A DNA stretch of 64,000 bases, from assembly GCA_947259415.1 (NCBI GenBank), contig CAMYMI010000008.1, positions 4,368-68,367 on the forward strand, read 5' to 3'. A program made the translations under genes and the position numbers. The stretch is from an uncultured Ectothiorhodospiraceae bacterium. GTDB taxonomy: Bacteria; Pseudomonadota; Gammaproteobacteria; UBA9214. A model generated the notes under the pieces. It did no database searches and was not told the DNA's origin. It saw nothing but the letters and a program-made list of their open reading frames with translations. Positions 56,811-64,000 of this stretch are shown piece after piece; within the stretch, counting starts at the first letter, position 1; every line of letters starts with the position of its first letter.

Positions 56811-58798
56811 TCGTCATCATCCCCAAAGCCAAGTACATTTTTAACATGTTCGATGAGAGATTTCAGGGATGCAGGCGAATCCTCTAAAAGCTGCTTATCA
56901 AGTATGCGTGCGAGTGCGGCAAGATGGGTTTCTGGTTTGCTGCGGTGAAGAAACAGATAGGGATACCATCTGAAGACTTCATCATAGTCGCCACCGTAGA
57001 GCTTCGGGTCGCCGCTGGTTTTCAATGTGGCTGCCTTGGCACTTTCAAGAGCTTTGGCGGTGCTGCGAGGTCCATAACCACCCGGATTGGGATGCATGTA
57101 GGCGCCCGGGAATGCTTCGAGCATCGCAAAATCAAGGTCAAGCGGATCGGACAAGAACACCCCTTCATCCTCGAGCGCCTGCACCCAGTGATTTTGCTCG
57201 TAATCCAGCCAGAGGTCATCGTCCTCGAGATCATCGATCGCATCAGGATCGATATCGTCGAGGACGGCCTTGATGTTGTTGCTGAGATCGACGCCGATTA
57301 CAGTCAGGTTCTCGGCAACGCTGCGAATGATCCCAGCACCGCCGTGCGCGCGGCCGATATCAAAATCGAGCAGCGTCGCATATGGGATTTTCAGGTCGGA
57401 CAGTAACGTCCAAAAATGTGTGCAATACCGCCCACCTAGGGGGACGATCGGCACAAAGGACGGATCGAGCGATATCCCCATAGCTTCGGCGATCCGCGGT
57501 ATGACTAGCTGCTCTGAGTCGCCTTCTGCAAGTATGACAAATCGTGCGAAATACAATTCCGGATAGGCCCTGACTGCGAGCCGCACATATTGGCTGGCCT
57601 CTGCATCGCTCATCGGGAGCATCAACTTGCGCACGGATGACTGCCTGCGCTCGCGGTCCAGCCGAAAATACCGAACCTCCTCCGGTTCGATGCGGCTGAG
57701 GATTGCTGCAGAATGGCTCGACAATACAACCTGTGCTGTATCGAGCGCACCAATGTCGCGCGCCTGCATAATAATGCGCGATAAAAAGAAGGGCGAGAGA
57801 CTGTTCTCCGGTTCTTCTATAGCCAGGAGCGTGAGGTGCGCCCTGCGCAGCTTTTCCTGGTCGAACGCGCTTTCATCGGGCGGTAGGGCAAAAGCATCTC
57901 GCTCGACTTCGAGGGTCGCGGCTGTCAGGGCAATGTGAAAGAGCGAGCGCTGCCCGTCGCTTAATTCTGAAAGTGCTCGCTCCTGTCCGGCCTCATCGGG
58001 ATAGAACGCAAAGTCCGCCTTGCGGACAAATTCTTCAAATCGGCGTTCTACCAGGCGTAAAATCGGTGTCGTATCGGTATCGGCCTCATGCACTTGTTTC
58101 CATCGTGCCTCGAGTCTTTCCAATACAAACTTGGCCGGATCCTCATCCTGAAACGTCTCCTGGATTTGTCTTGCGGTGTCCGCGGTAGTCTGCCGGAATT
58201 CTTCCGACCATTTTGCGGCCTGCCATAGACGCCCCTTGAGAAGGGACGTCACCTGTTCATCCACATTACGCGTGGCGGGAATATAGACAAGTTGTATCGT
58301 CCCACGCTCGACAGCCGGCACCTTCTGGCAGTCGTCATCCCAGTCGTAATCGTCGTCAAGCGCCCTGACCCAGCGAATATCCTCATCAACGCTGCCGCTC
58401 GGCGTACCATCATCGGTCCAGGTCGCCTTGAGCATGATTCTTACTTTCAGCGGCGCGCCGGGTTCGGAGGCGGCCATTTGCAGGAAGAACTCAGGCACGG
58501 CATCGCCCACAGCGTCACCCTCGAAACCTTCGAGTTCCGGGAAACAAAGGACGACATCAATAAGTAAATTCGCCCCTGATTGAAGCTCCTGCTGGTCGAG
58601 AGACAGATGAAAGTCGCGCTGGCGAATCGTGCGTTGGGCAGGCGTGACGCCGAATAAACGCGAGAGTCCCTGAAGCAGCGCGGTTTTTCCCGCGCCGTTC
58701 CCGCCGACAAGGGCAGTGACGCTGTCTTCAATAGCAATTGTCGTTGCTTCCGGGCCAAAGCACCTGAACCCTTTCAAGGACACGCTTTCTATCTTCAT
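56807..58798 (-). CDS. OLD-family ATP-dependent nuclease (ABC ATPase + Toprim, GajA-like)
   Basis: GFRCFG, GGNGAGKT, LSDGQ, AIEEPE, SSHS, Toprim ILAEGDSE and DFD. Confidence 0.9.
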   Translation of the reverse strand: MKIESVSLKGFRCFGPEATTIAIEDSVTALVGGNGAGKTALLQGLSRLFGVTPAQRTIRQRDFHLSLDQQELQSGANLLIDVVLCFPELEGFEGDAVGDAVPEFFLQMAASEPGAPLKVRIMLKATWTDDGTPSGSVDEDIRWVRALDDDYDWDDDCQKVPAVERGTIQLVYIPATRNVDEQVTSLLKGRLWQAAKWSEEFRQTTADTARQIQETFQDEDPAKFVLERLEARWKQVHEADTDTTPILRLVERRFEEFVRKADFAFYPDEAGQERALSELSDGQRSLFHIALTAATLEVERDAFALPPDESAFDQEKLRRAHLTLLAIEEPENSLSPFFLSRIIMQARDIGALDTAQVVLSSHSAAILSRIEPEEVRYFRLDRERRQSSVRKLMLPMSDAEASQYVRLAVRAYPELYFARFVILAEGDSEQLVIPRIAEAMGISLDPSFVPIVPLGGRYCTHFWTLLSDLKIPYATLLDFDIGRAHGGAGIIRSVAENLTVIGVDLSNNIKAVLDDIDPDAIDDLEDDDLWLDYEQNHWVQALEDEGVFLSDPLDLDFAMLEAFPGAYMHPNPGGYGPRSTAKALESAKAATLKTSGDPKLYGGDYDEVFRWYPYLFLHRSKPETHLAALARILDKQLLEDSPASLKSLIEHVKNVLGFGDDDE

Positions 58799-59037
58799 GG
58801 CCGTAACCGCCTGCCTTGAAAAGTTGCCAACATTCCTTTTTTCATGCCAAGCTGCCAATCGGAGGTGTGGAGTAAACGAACTTTATCGCTTGTTTGCATC
58901 CCAGATTCTCCTAACGATCAATCAGGGGTCGAGGAGGCACAATATACCCGTGTAGAATGCGGGGATCACCTTTTTTGAAGAATGTATCCGGCCGCTTTAG
59001 TTGATTCCACGCTGGGTGCAACCGGGAGGATTTCACC

Positions 59038-59370
59038 ATGATAAAGCAATTTTTGCGGTTGCGCGTATTCGCGGCAGGCATACTGCTGATTATGGTTTCA
59101 GCCACACAGGCAGATGAAATCTGCATGGATCAAATTGAATTTGAAAAAAACGGTTGGCAGCTGAGACCGGTGCAGCAGGCGATGGATATATATCTGCGGG
59201 ATCATCGCATGCGAGTGAACTGGCTGAAACAACCCCGGCCACCCAGTGCGGTGGGCAGGGATTATTATGAATGGCTCTGGAGCGATGAATTCGGTGACAG
59301 GATGAAAGCCGAACTGGTGCAGCGTTACTGCACCGGTAATGAAGGGGCTGTATGCATTATTAGCCAATAA
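59038..59370 (+). CDS. Hypothetical secreted protein
   Basis: GGAGG RBS and a signal peptide ending ATQA. No family recognised. Confidence 0.65.
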   Translation: MIKQFLRLRVFAAGILLIMVSATQADEICMDQIEFEKNGWQLRPVQQAMDIYLRDHRMRVNWLKQPRPPSAVGRDYYEWLWSDEFGDRMKAELVQRYCTGNEGAVCIISQ

Positions 59371-59392
59371 ACACATTGGTATCTGGACCGAT

Positions 59393-59456
59393 AAATGGGG
59401 TCGGAGCACAATTTCTCTTAATATTAGTGATAATTGTGCTCTGACCCCATTTTTTT
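59393..59456. repeat. GGGGTC-type hairpin repeat
   Basis: AAATGGGGTCGGAGCACAATT...AATTGTGCTCTGACCCCATTT. Related hairpins at 59624-59677, 60704-60765 and 63462-63512. Confidence 0.75.
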
Positions 59457-59470
59457 GCTAATACCTGTTA

Positions 59471-59619
59471 CGAATTAGGGGACAGTATACTTATATCGCT
59501 GCAATGACAGGTTTTTCGTTATCAGAGAGCATTTTCTTAATCGGGCCCATATCCGGATTTGTGTACTGTTTGATACAAGTTCATGAATTGTCTGTGCGAC
59601 TTTCAGAGGGGTTATCCGG
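59471..59619 (+). repeat. 149-bp direct repeat, copy 1
   Basis: Matches 60766-60914 with 3 mismatches by eye. Begins CGAATTAGGGGACAGTATAC. Confidence 0.9.
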
Positions 59620-59690
59620 CGGATTCAAGGGGTCAGAGTACTTGAATAAAATTTCTAGTACTCCGACCCCTTGAATTCCAGTTGCACCGG

Positions 59691-60599
59691 TCAGGCTGGT
59701 GCGAATGGGCAGGTGCTGTCTGCCGCCATCCGTTCAACCGGCGTGTGATCGGCAGGCAGCAGCCCGGCAAATTCGTTGCGCAGCTTGCCGAGACGTTTCT
59801 GGAGTTTTCCGCGCTGACCCGGGGTCAGTGTTGGCGCAAGGTCATCGAGAAAGGCGATAAATTCCAGTCTGGCGATACGCCATTGACGCAGGTATTCAGA
59901 TGACCTGTCTTCCCAGTTTAGCCACCAGCCGTTCAGGTAGTCTTCGAGTGTTTCTTTACCGGCGCCGGCCTCAAGTAAATCCAGTAGATGGTTGGTTTGC
60001 TGTTCACGATAGGCGAGCCAGTCAGGTGTGAGGTCCGGTATCCGTGTAAGCGCATTCTCGATACGTTGTTGCTGATCATCGTTAATTGATCCGATCCAGG
60101 ACTCAATGCGGTCACTGAAGCGCGCCTGTCGCTTCATTCTCCTCTCCTCGGGATCTGCATCGAGGTAACGCTCAATAAGCTCCTGCTGTCGTTGTTTCAT
60201 GTGCTCACGCAGATGGGTAATCTGCGCCGGATCGAGATCAGCAAGCAGGGGGACAGCTAGGGTAATAGCGAGTTGCGCGTGCCGCCTGGCAATGCCCATG
60301 GCGCCATCCACCAGGCATGTGGCACTGGTGGCGGAGTCAGTCTGACTGCTAATGTGGGTGGCCAGATCCAGATAGGCCACGAGATGCGGTAACTCGATGC
60401 GGCGGTGCTGATGTAGTACATGGGTGAGTACCGGTCGCCACTGCTCGCGCTGGTCGGCGCTGATGTCAATGGTTTTTACGGCATAACGCTCCAGCAACCA
60501 GTCGGCATTGTCATAGGCGAGCTGGGTGCGGCTGCACGCCACGACCAGTATACATATTGAAAAGACAACAACAGCTCGCTGCATCGCAGGGTACCGCAT
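59691..60599 (-). CDS. DUF6279-like lipoprotein
   Basis: VVAC lipobox, AY.NADWL, HRR.ELP, W.G.....Q, L...LT..QR. Start 60599 or 60584. Confidence 0.75.
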   Translation of the reverse strand: MRYPAMQRAVVVFSICILVVACSRTQLAYDNADWLLERYAVKTIDISADQREQWRPVLTHVLHQHRRIELPHLVAYLDLATHISSQTDSATSATCLVDGAMGIARRHAQLAITLAVPLLADLDPAQITHLREHMKQRQQELIERYLDADPEERRMKRQARFSDRIESWIGSINDDQQQRIENALTRIPDLTPDWLAYREQQTNHLLDLLEAGAGKETLEDYLNGWWLNWEDRSSEYLRQWRIARLEFIAFLDDLAPTLTPGQRGKLQKRLGKLRNEFAGLLPADHTPVERMAADSTCPFAPA

Positions 60600-60765
60600 A
60601 AACATTAATGCTGGGCTTACCGCATGCCTATGGTGCCATTGTCGTGTTTGCCAGGGCAATGGCCCGGGTGGCAACAAATCCCTGCAGTCTGCAGGGAATC
60701 ACGAAAAAAAGGGTCAGACTCGATTGATTAGATGAATTATTGACGTTTCAATGGAGTCTGACCCG

Positions 60766-60914
60766 CGAATTAGGGGACAGTATACTTATATCGCTGCAAT
60801 GACAGGTTTTTCGTTATCAGAGGGCATTTTCTTAATCGGGCCCATATCCGGATTTGTGTACCGTTTGATACAAGTTCATGAATTGTCTGTGCGACTTTCA
60901 GAGGGATTATCCGG
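60766..60914 (+). repeat. 149-bp direct repeat, copy 2
   Basis: See 59471-59619. Confidence 0.9.
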
Positions 60915-60935
60915 TGGGCTGCGCCGGACTCCGGT

Positions 60936-60964
60936 TTGACAAAAGCCCGCATCGGGTCTATAAA
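60936..60964 (+). promoter_or_regulatory. Sigma70-type promoter
   Basis: TTGACA-17 bp-TATAAA, ending 8 nt before the first riboswitch aptamer. Confidence 0.75.
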
Positions 60965-60972
60965 TAATTCAT

Positions 60973-61028
60973 AGCGCCGATTTGACTCAGCTTGCAGGGC
61001 GCTTAATAAATACTCGCTAAAGAGAGGG
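60973..61028 (+). promoter_or_regulatory. SAM-II-like riboswitch aptamer 1
   Basis: P1 AGCGCC/GGCGCT, GATTT, TTGC, A-rich L3 (AATAAAT) and GCTAAAG, in the order of the SAM-II pseudoknot consensus. Confidence 0.78.
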
Positions 61029-61032
61029 ACAG

Positions 61033-61066
61033 AAACCCGCTTTAGCACCAGCTGAGCGGGTTTTTT
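61033..61066 (+). terminator. Intrinsic terminator forming the expression platform of aptamer 1
   Basis: AAACCCGCT...AGCGGGTTTTTT. CTTTAGC (61040-61046) is complementary to aptamer GCTAAAG (61016-61022). Confidence 0.8.
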
Positions 61067-61070
61067 GTTG

Positions 61071-61126
61071 CCGCCGATTTAAGTGACAACTTGCGGGGCG
61101 GGATACAAGTGCTGCTAAAGCGTCAT
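61071..61126 (+). promoter_or_regulatory. SAM-II-like riboswitch aptamer 2 (tandem)
   Basis: P1 CCGCC/GGCGG, GATTT, TTGC, ATACAAGT, GCTAAAG. GTGAC can pair with GTCAT. A downstream hairpin covers GAGGAG. Confidence 0.78.
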
Positions 61127-61187
61127 GTGTCTTCGTGCCCCGGACACCGCTGACAGGCGATCAACCGGGGCGAAGAGGAGACATGTT

Positions 61188-61388
61188 ATGTCCGCACAAT
61201 CCGCCGATATCCTGACCCTGTTTCAGGGCAGCTACACCGTCCTGCAACCCATTTCCATCCGCGGCGAGGTCTGGCTCGAGCGCCACGTCGACTCGGCCCA
61301 GCGCCTGGGCACGGCCGTGCCTGTCGACAACAGCCTCCTGGCACCCATTCTGGAGGGGCTTGTCCGTGACGGGCTGCGGGTTGCCTGA
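61188..61388 (+). CDS. Small hypothetical protein (66 aa)
   Basis: GAGGAG RBS then ATG 61188. MSAQSADILTLFQGSYTVLQP...GLVRDGLRVA. Confidence 0.72.
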   Translation: MSAQSADILTLFQGSYTVLQPISIRGEVWLERHVDSAQRLGTAVPVDNSLLAPILEGLVRDGLRVA

Positions 61389-61678
61389 TGGACGGGCTGG
61401 AGACGATCAGGCGGCGCAACAACCGGGCCGTAGCCAGCCAGGGCCTGTGGTGCAGGGTGGCCGATATAGACGGCGGGCGCTGGTTTGCCGGTGATGTCAT
61501 CGACGTGCGGGACGATCCCGCCGGCAACGTCACGGTCAAGCTGCGCCCGGTCTGTCTGTCGCACAAGGGGCAGCTCCCACAGTACCAGCAGGATTCAGGC
61601 GCCGGCTGGGGCTTCTTGCTGGCGCTGTGGCTGGGTGCGCAGGGTCTGTTGTGGGTGCTGAGTTGGGTGCTGAAATGA
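61388..61678 (+). CDS. Small hypothetical protein with C-terminal TM helix
   Basis: TGATG overlap with the upstream ORF. SH3/Tudor-like beta segment, then GWGFLLALWLGAQGLLWVLSWVLK. Confidence 0.62.
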   Translation: MDGLETIRRRNNRAVASQGLWCRVADIDGGRWFAGDVIDVRDDPAGNVTVKLRPVCLSHKGQLPQYQQDSGAGWGFLLALWLGAQGLLWVLSWVLK

Positions 61679-61788
61679 CAGGAGTTGCCGGCGTGAACAA
61701 TGCCGGATTTGACTGGATCGCGCCTGCGAGGCGTTTCTACAATTATAAGGATTACGTAGTTGGGTTTTGAACGAGTTGGGTTTCAGTG

Positions 61789-61844
61789 CCGCCGATTTGA
61801 TCTGCAGCTTGCAGGGCGGGATACAAATGCTGCTAAAGCGTTGG
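61789..61844 (+). promoter_or_regulatory. SAM-II-like riboswitch aptamer 3
   Basis: P1 CCGCC/GGCGG, GATTT, TTGC, ATACAAAT, GCTAAAG. The following CTGTCC...GCCCC / GGGGC...GGACAG hairpin covers the RBS of the ORF at 61904. Confidence 0.78.
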
Positions 61845-61903
61845 CTGTCCCGCATGCCCCGGGGACGACCGGCGAGGTCAATCACGGGGGCGAGGACAGG
61901 ACC

Positions 61904-62602
61904 ATGAGCAAAGCAAGATCCGACACAGAAACGCTTTTCCACCCCATCGAGCAGGCCATCCTGTGCGACTGGCTGGGGCGCGAGCGGCCGCCCGCGGCCC
62001 GCGACATTGCCCTCGAGGCGCAGGTGGACGGGACTGACGACGGGCCGATTACCCTGAGGCGCGCCTCCTATGGCGACACCAACGAGTTCACGCTGGCCAA
62101 TGCCGTGGCCCGGCTGGTGCTCGAGGGCATCCAGCAGCGGCTGCCGACCTCGGCGATCTGCTATCCCGACAAAATGGTGCTCACGCGCGACTACAACCCG
62201 AAGACCCGGCGCAAGCTGGACCTGCTGCCACGCTTCCTGTTCCAGATCAACTGGGCCAATTCAGCGCCCGGCATCAGCTGGCCGGTTGCGTACTACGTGA
62301 CCTGGCTGCCGGTCTACGATGTCTTTGTGGTCACCGAGTCGGCCGACTCGCCGGACGCGCTGGGCTACTGCGACCGCGCGATGGGCTGGTTCGACGCGGT
62401 CACCCCGCTCGAGGCAGGCGCGAAGCGCGTGATTGCCGGCGACTGGCAGCATCAGTACGATGAGTGGGACCAGCAACACTGGGAAAATTTCTGGGACGAG
62501 GGGTTGATCTCGACGGCAGAGGCCTGGGCCTGGGCAGCCGATATTTGGGGAGAAGAGGAAGACGATCTGGACAACGAGGAGGCGGATGAGGCCTGCCTGT
62601 GA
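61904..62602 (+). CDS. Acidic Trp-rich hypothetical protein (232 aa)
   Basis: AGGA RBS, ATG 61904, host-like codon usage, F.INWA.S.PG.SWP..YY.TW and VVT.S.DS motifs. No family recognised. Confidence 0.8.
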   Translation: MSKARSDTETLFHPIEQAILCDWLGRERPPAARDIALEAQVDGTDDGPITLRRASYGDTNEFTLANAVARLVLEGIQQRLPTSAICYPDKMVLTRDYNPKTRRKLDLLPRFLFQINWANSAPGISWPVAYYVTWLPVYDVFVVTESADSPDALGYCDRAMGWFDAVTPLEAGAKRVIAGDWQHQYDEWDQQHWENFWDEGLISTAEAWAWAADIWGEEEDDLDNEEADEACL

Positions 62603-62679
62603 CGCGCGGTCGGCGGAGGGGTATCCTGAGTCTGGTGACAGGGAGACCGGGAGCCTGGTCTCCCGAAAGAGGGTGATAC

Positions 62680-63429
62680 ATGTCCAAGTACTACAAGGGA
62701 AAACGTACGCGCAATCTCTACGTGCCGGGGGGTGAAAAACCGTTCAAGCTGTCCCGCTCGAAGCTCGAGCTGTTCATGAACTGCCCGCGCTGCTTCTACC
62801 TGGACCGGCGGCTGGGTGTTGGTCAGCCGCCCGGTTTCCCCTTCAACCTGAACTCGGCCGTTGATGCCTTGCTCAAGAAGGAGTTCGATGACTACCGGGC
62901 CAGGCAAGAGCCACACCCCCTGATGATTACAAACGAAATTGATGCCGTTCCGTATGCCCATGAGTCACTGGATAAGTGGCGAGAGAACTTCAAGGGAGTT
63001 GCTACTCATCACAGGGAGACTAACTTGCGCGTTTCTGGTGCCGTTGATGATCTCTGGGTCAACCCGGCGGGTGAGGTGATCGTGGTTGACTACAAGGCCA
63101 CCAGCAAGAATGGCGAGATCAACCTCGATGCAGACTGGCAGGATGGCTATAAGCGCCAGATGGAGATCTACCAGTGGCTGGTGCGACGCCAGGGCCTGGC
63201 CGTATCCGACACCGGTTATTTCGTCTACTGCAACGGCCGACGCGACAGGGATGCCTTCGATGGCAGGCTGGAGTTCTATATCCATGTAATTCCCTATACG
63301 GGGAATGATGGCTGGGTAGAGGACTGTATCAGGGCTGCGCATGAATGCCTTGTGGATGACATGATTCCGGAATCGAGTTCTGATTGTGATTACTGCAGGT
63401 ATCGCAAAGCGGTACAGGAAGTGAAATAG
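62680..63429 (+). CDS. PD-(D/E)XK nuclease family protein (RecB/AddB-like, stand-alone)
   Basis: LSRSKL....CPRCFY, GAVDD, VVDYK, Q..IY, C-terminal CDYC. GAGGG RBS. Confidence 0.88.
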   Translation: MSKYYKGKRTRNLYVPGGEKPFKLSRSKLELFMNCPRCFYLDRRLGVGQPPGFPFNLNSAVDALLKKEFDDYRARQEPHPLMITNEIDAVPYAHESLDKWRENFKGVATHHRETNLRVSGAVDDLWVNPAGEVIVVDYKATSKNGEINLDADWQDGYKRQMEIYQWLVRRQGLAVSDTGYFVYCNGRRDRDAFDGRLEFYIHVIPYTGNDGWVEDCIRAAHECLVDDMIPESSSDCDYCRYRKAVQEVK

Positions 63430-63461
63430 TTGTATTCTGTATACTGTCCCCGGTTTGTCTG

Positions 63462-63512
63462 AAGGGGTCAGAGTACTTGAATAAAATTTCTAGTACTCTG
63501 ACCCCTTGAATT
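63462..63512. repeat. 51-bp GGGGTCAGAGTAC hairpin, direct repeat of 59627-59677
   Basis: AAGGGGTCAGAGTACTTGAATAAAATTTCTAGTACTC(T/C)GACCCCTTGAATT, one mismatch between copies. Confidence 0.85.
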
Positions 63513-63560
63513 TACGAGGAAGCAATGATGCTTAGGGGCTGGTGATTTAATAAATTAGAT

Positions 63561-63983
63561 ATGAATACATTTAGCGTAATTTTGAGTGGCGTAGCAGTAT
63601 TTATATTGGGCGAAATATTCGTGCGCTTTTTCTTGTCGCCCATTCATAAAATTAAAGAAGTAAAAGGTGAAATAGCTAGCACCCTATTATTTCATGCAAA
63701 CAATTATGGGCATGAATATAAAAATCTTGAAGATGCTCTTGCGAGTGAAGGAGGGGATGAAAGATTTATTAATGAAAGGATAATCTCAATTAAACAATGG
63801 AACAATGATTTATCAAGAGCAAGCGATGAAACCAGGGCTGTTGCAGCCAAGCTTATTTCTGCTGCAGAAGGAATCCCCTTTTATAAAGAAATATCCATGA
63901 TGAAGATGATTCCGCCAAAAGAAAATATTCTAAGCGCAAAAAGAGATCTCATTGGTTTGTCGAACTCGTTTTCTGCAGACTAA
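63561..63983 (+). CDS. AT-rich hypothetical protein with N-terminal TM helix
   Basis: 140 aa ORF in a conspicuously AT-rich segment, hydrophobic N-terminus. Confidence 0.6.
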   Translation: MNTFSVILSGVAVFILGEIFVRFFLSPIHKIKEVKGEIASTLLFHANNYGHEYKNLEDALASEGGDERFINERIISIKQWNNDLSRASDETRAVAAKLISAAEGIPFYKEISMMKMIPPKENILSAKRDLIGLSNSFSAD

Positions 63984-64000
63984 GCCACAAATAGCGCAGA

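Noticed and set aside
62641-62664. GGGAGACC/GGTCTCCC hairpin before the nuclease as a terminator or fourth riboswitch
   Set aside because: No U-tract and no SAM-II motifs. It may be a processing or stability hairpin, but this cannot be supported.
62680-63429. Cas4 assignment
   Set aside because: No cas1/cas2 or array. The cysteine layout (CPRC ... CDYC) differs from the usual 1+3 Cas4 pattern, so it is kept as a generic PD-(D/E)XK nuclease.
60936-63983. Prophage
   Set aside because: Small hypothetical genes and a RecB-like nuclease are phage-like, but there are no structural, replication or integrase genes in the window.

Overview
GC-rich gammaproteobacterial-type chromosomal segment. The left ~36 kb is mostly core/housekeeping: a Glu/Leu/Phe/Val dehydrogenase (partial), an N-formylglutamate amidohydrolase/QEGLA-peptidase/GshB-like ATP-grasp operon, patatin, MFS + Tat aldo-keto reductase, MoxR-DUF58-TgpA, an RND efflux pair, tesA-ybbAP, trpB2, two MscS channels, two Slp lipoproteins, xdhC-mocA-iorAB and ppnN. 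The right ~28 kb is accessory: ORF6N, hicAB, higBA, a Clp1-type kinase/RNase Z-like fusion, three copies of a MazG-like pyrophosphatase gene (one intact, two damaged), an orphan antitoxin, an EcoRII/Dcm-type R-M locus with vsr, a convergent four-gene GHKL-ATPase operon, and a Gabija-like OLD nuclease + UvrD pair. The most striking observation is at 60.9-63.4 kb: three SAM-II-like riboswitch aptamers, two in tandem with recognisable terminator and RBS-occluding platforms. They precede uncharacterised genes and a PD-(D/E)XK nuclease rather than methionine genes, inside a unit bounded by 13-bp inverted ends. Intergenic regions carry at least three families of palindromic repeats, with small elements nested inside them and duplicated gene 3' ends at cargo junctions. 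No tRNA, rRNA, CRISPR array, integrase or transposase was recognised. All family assignments are by motif recognition only; no searches were run.
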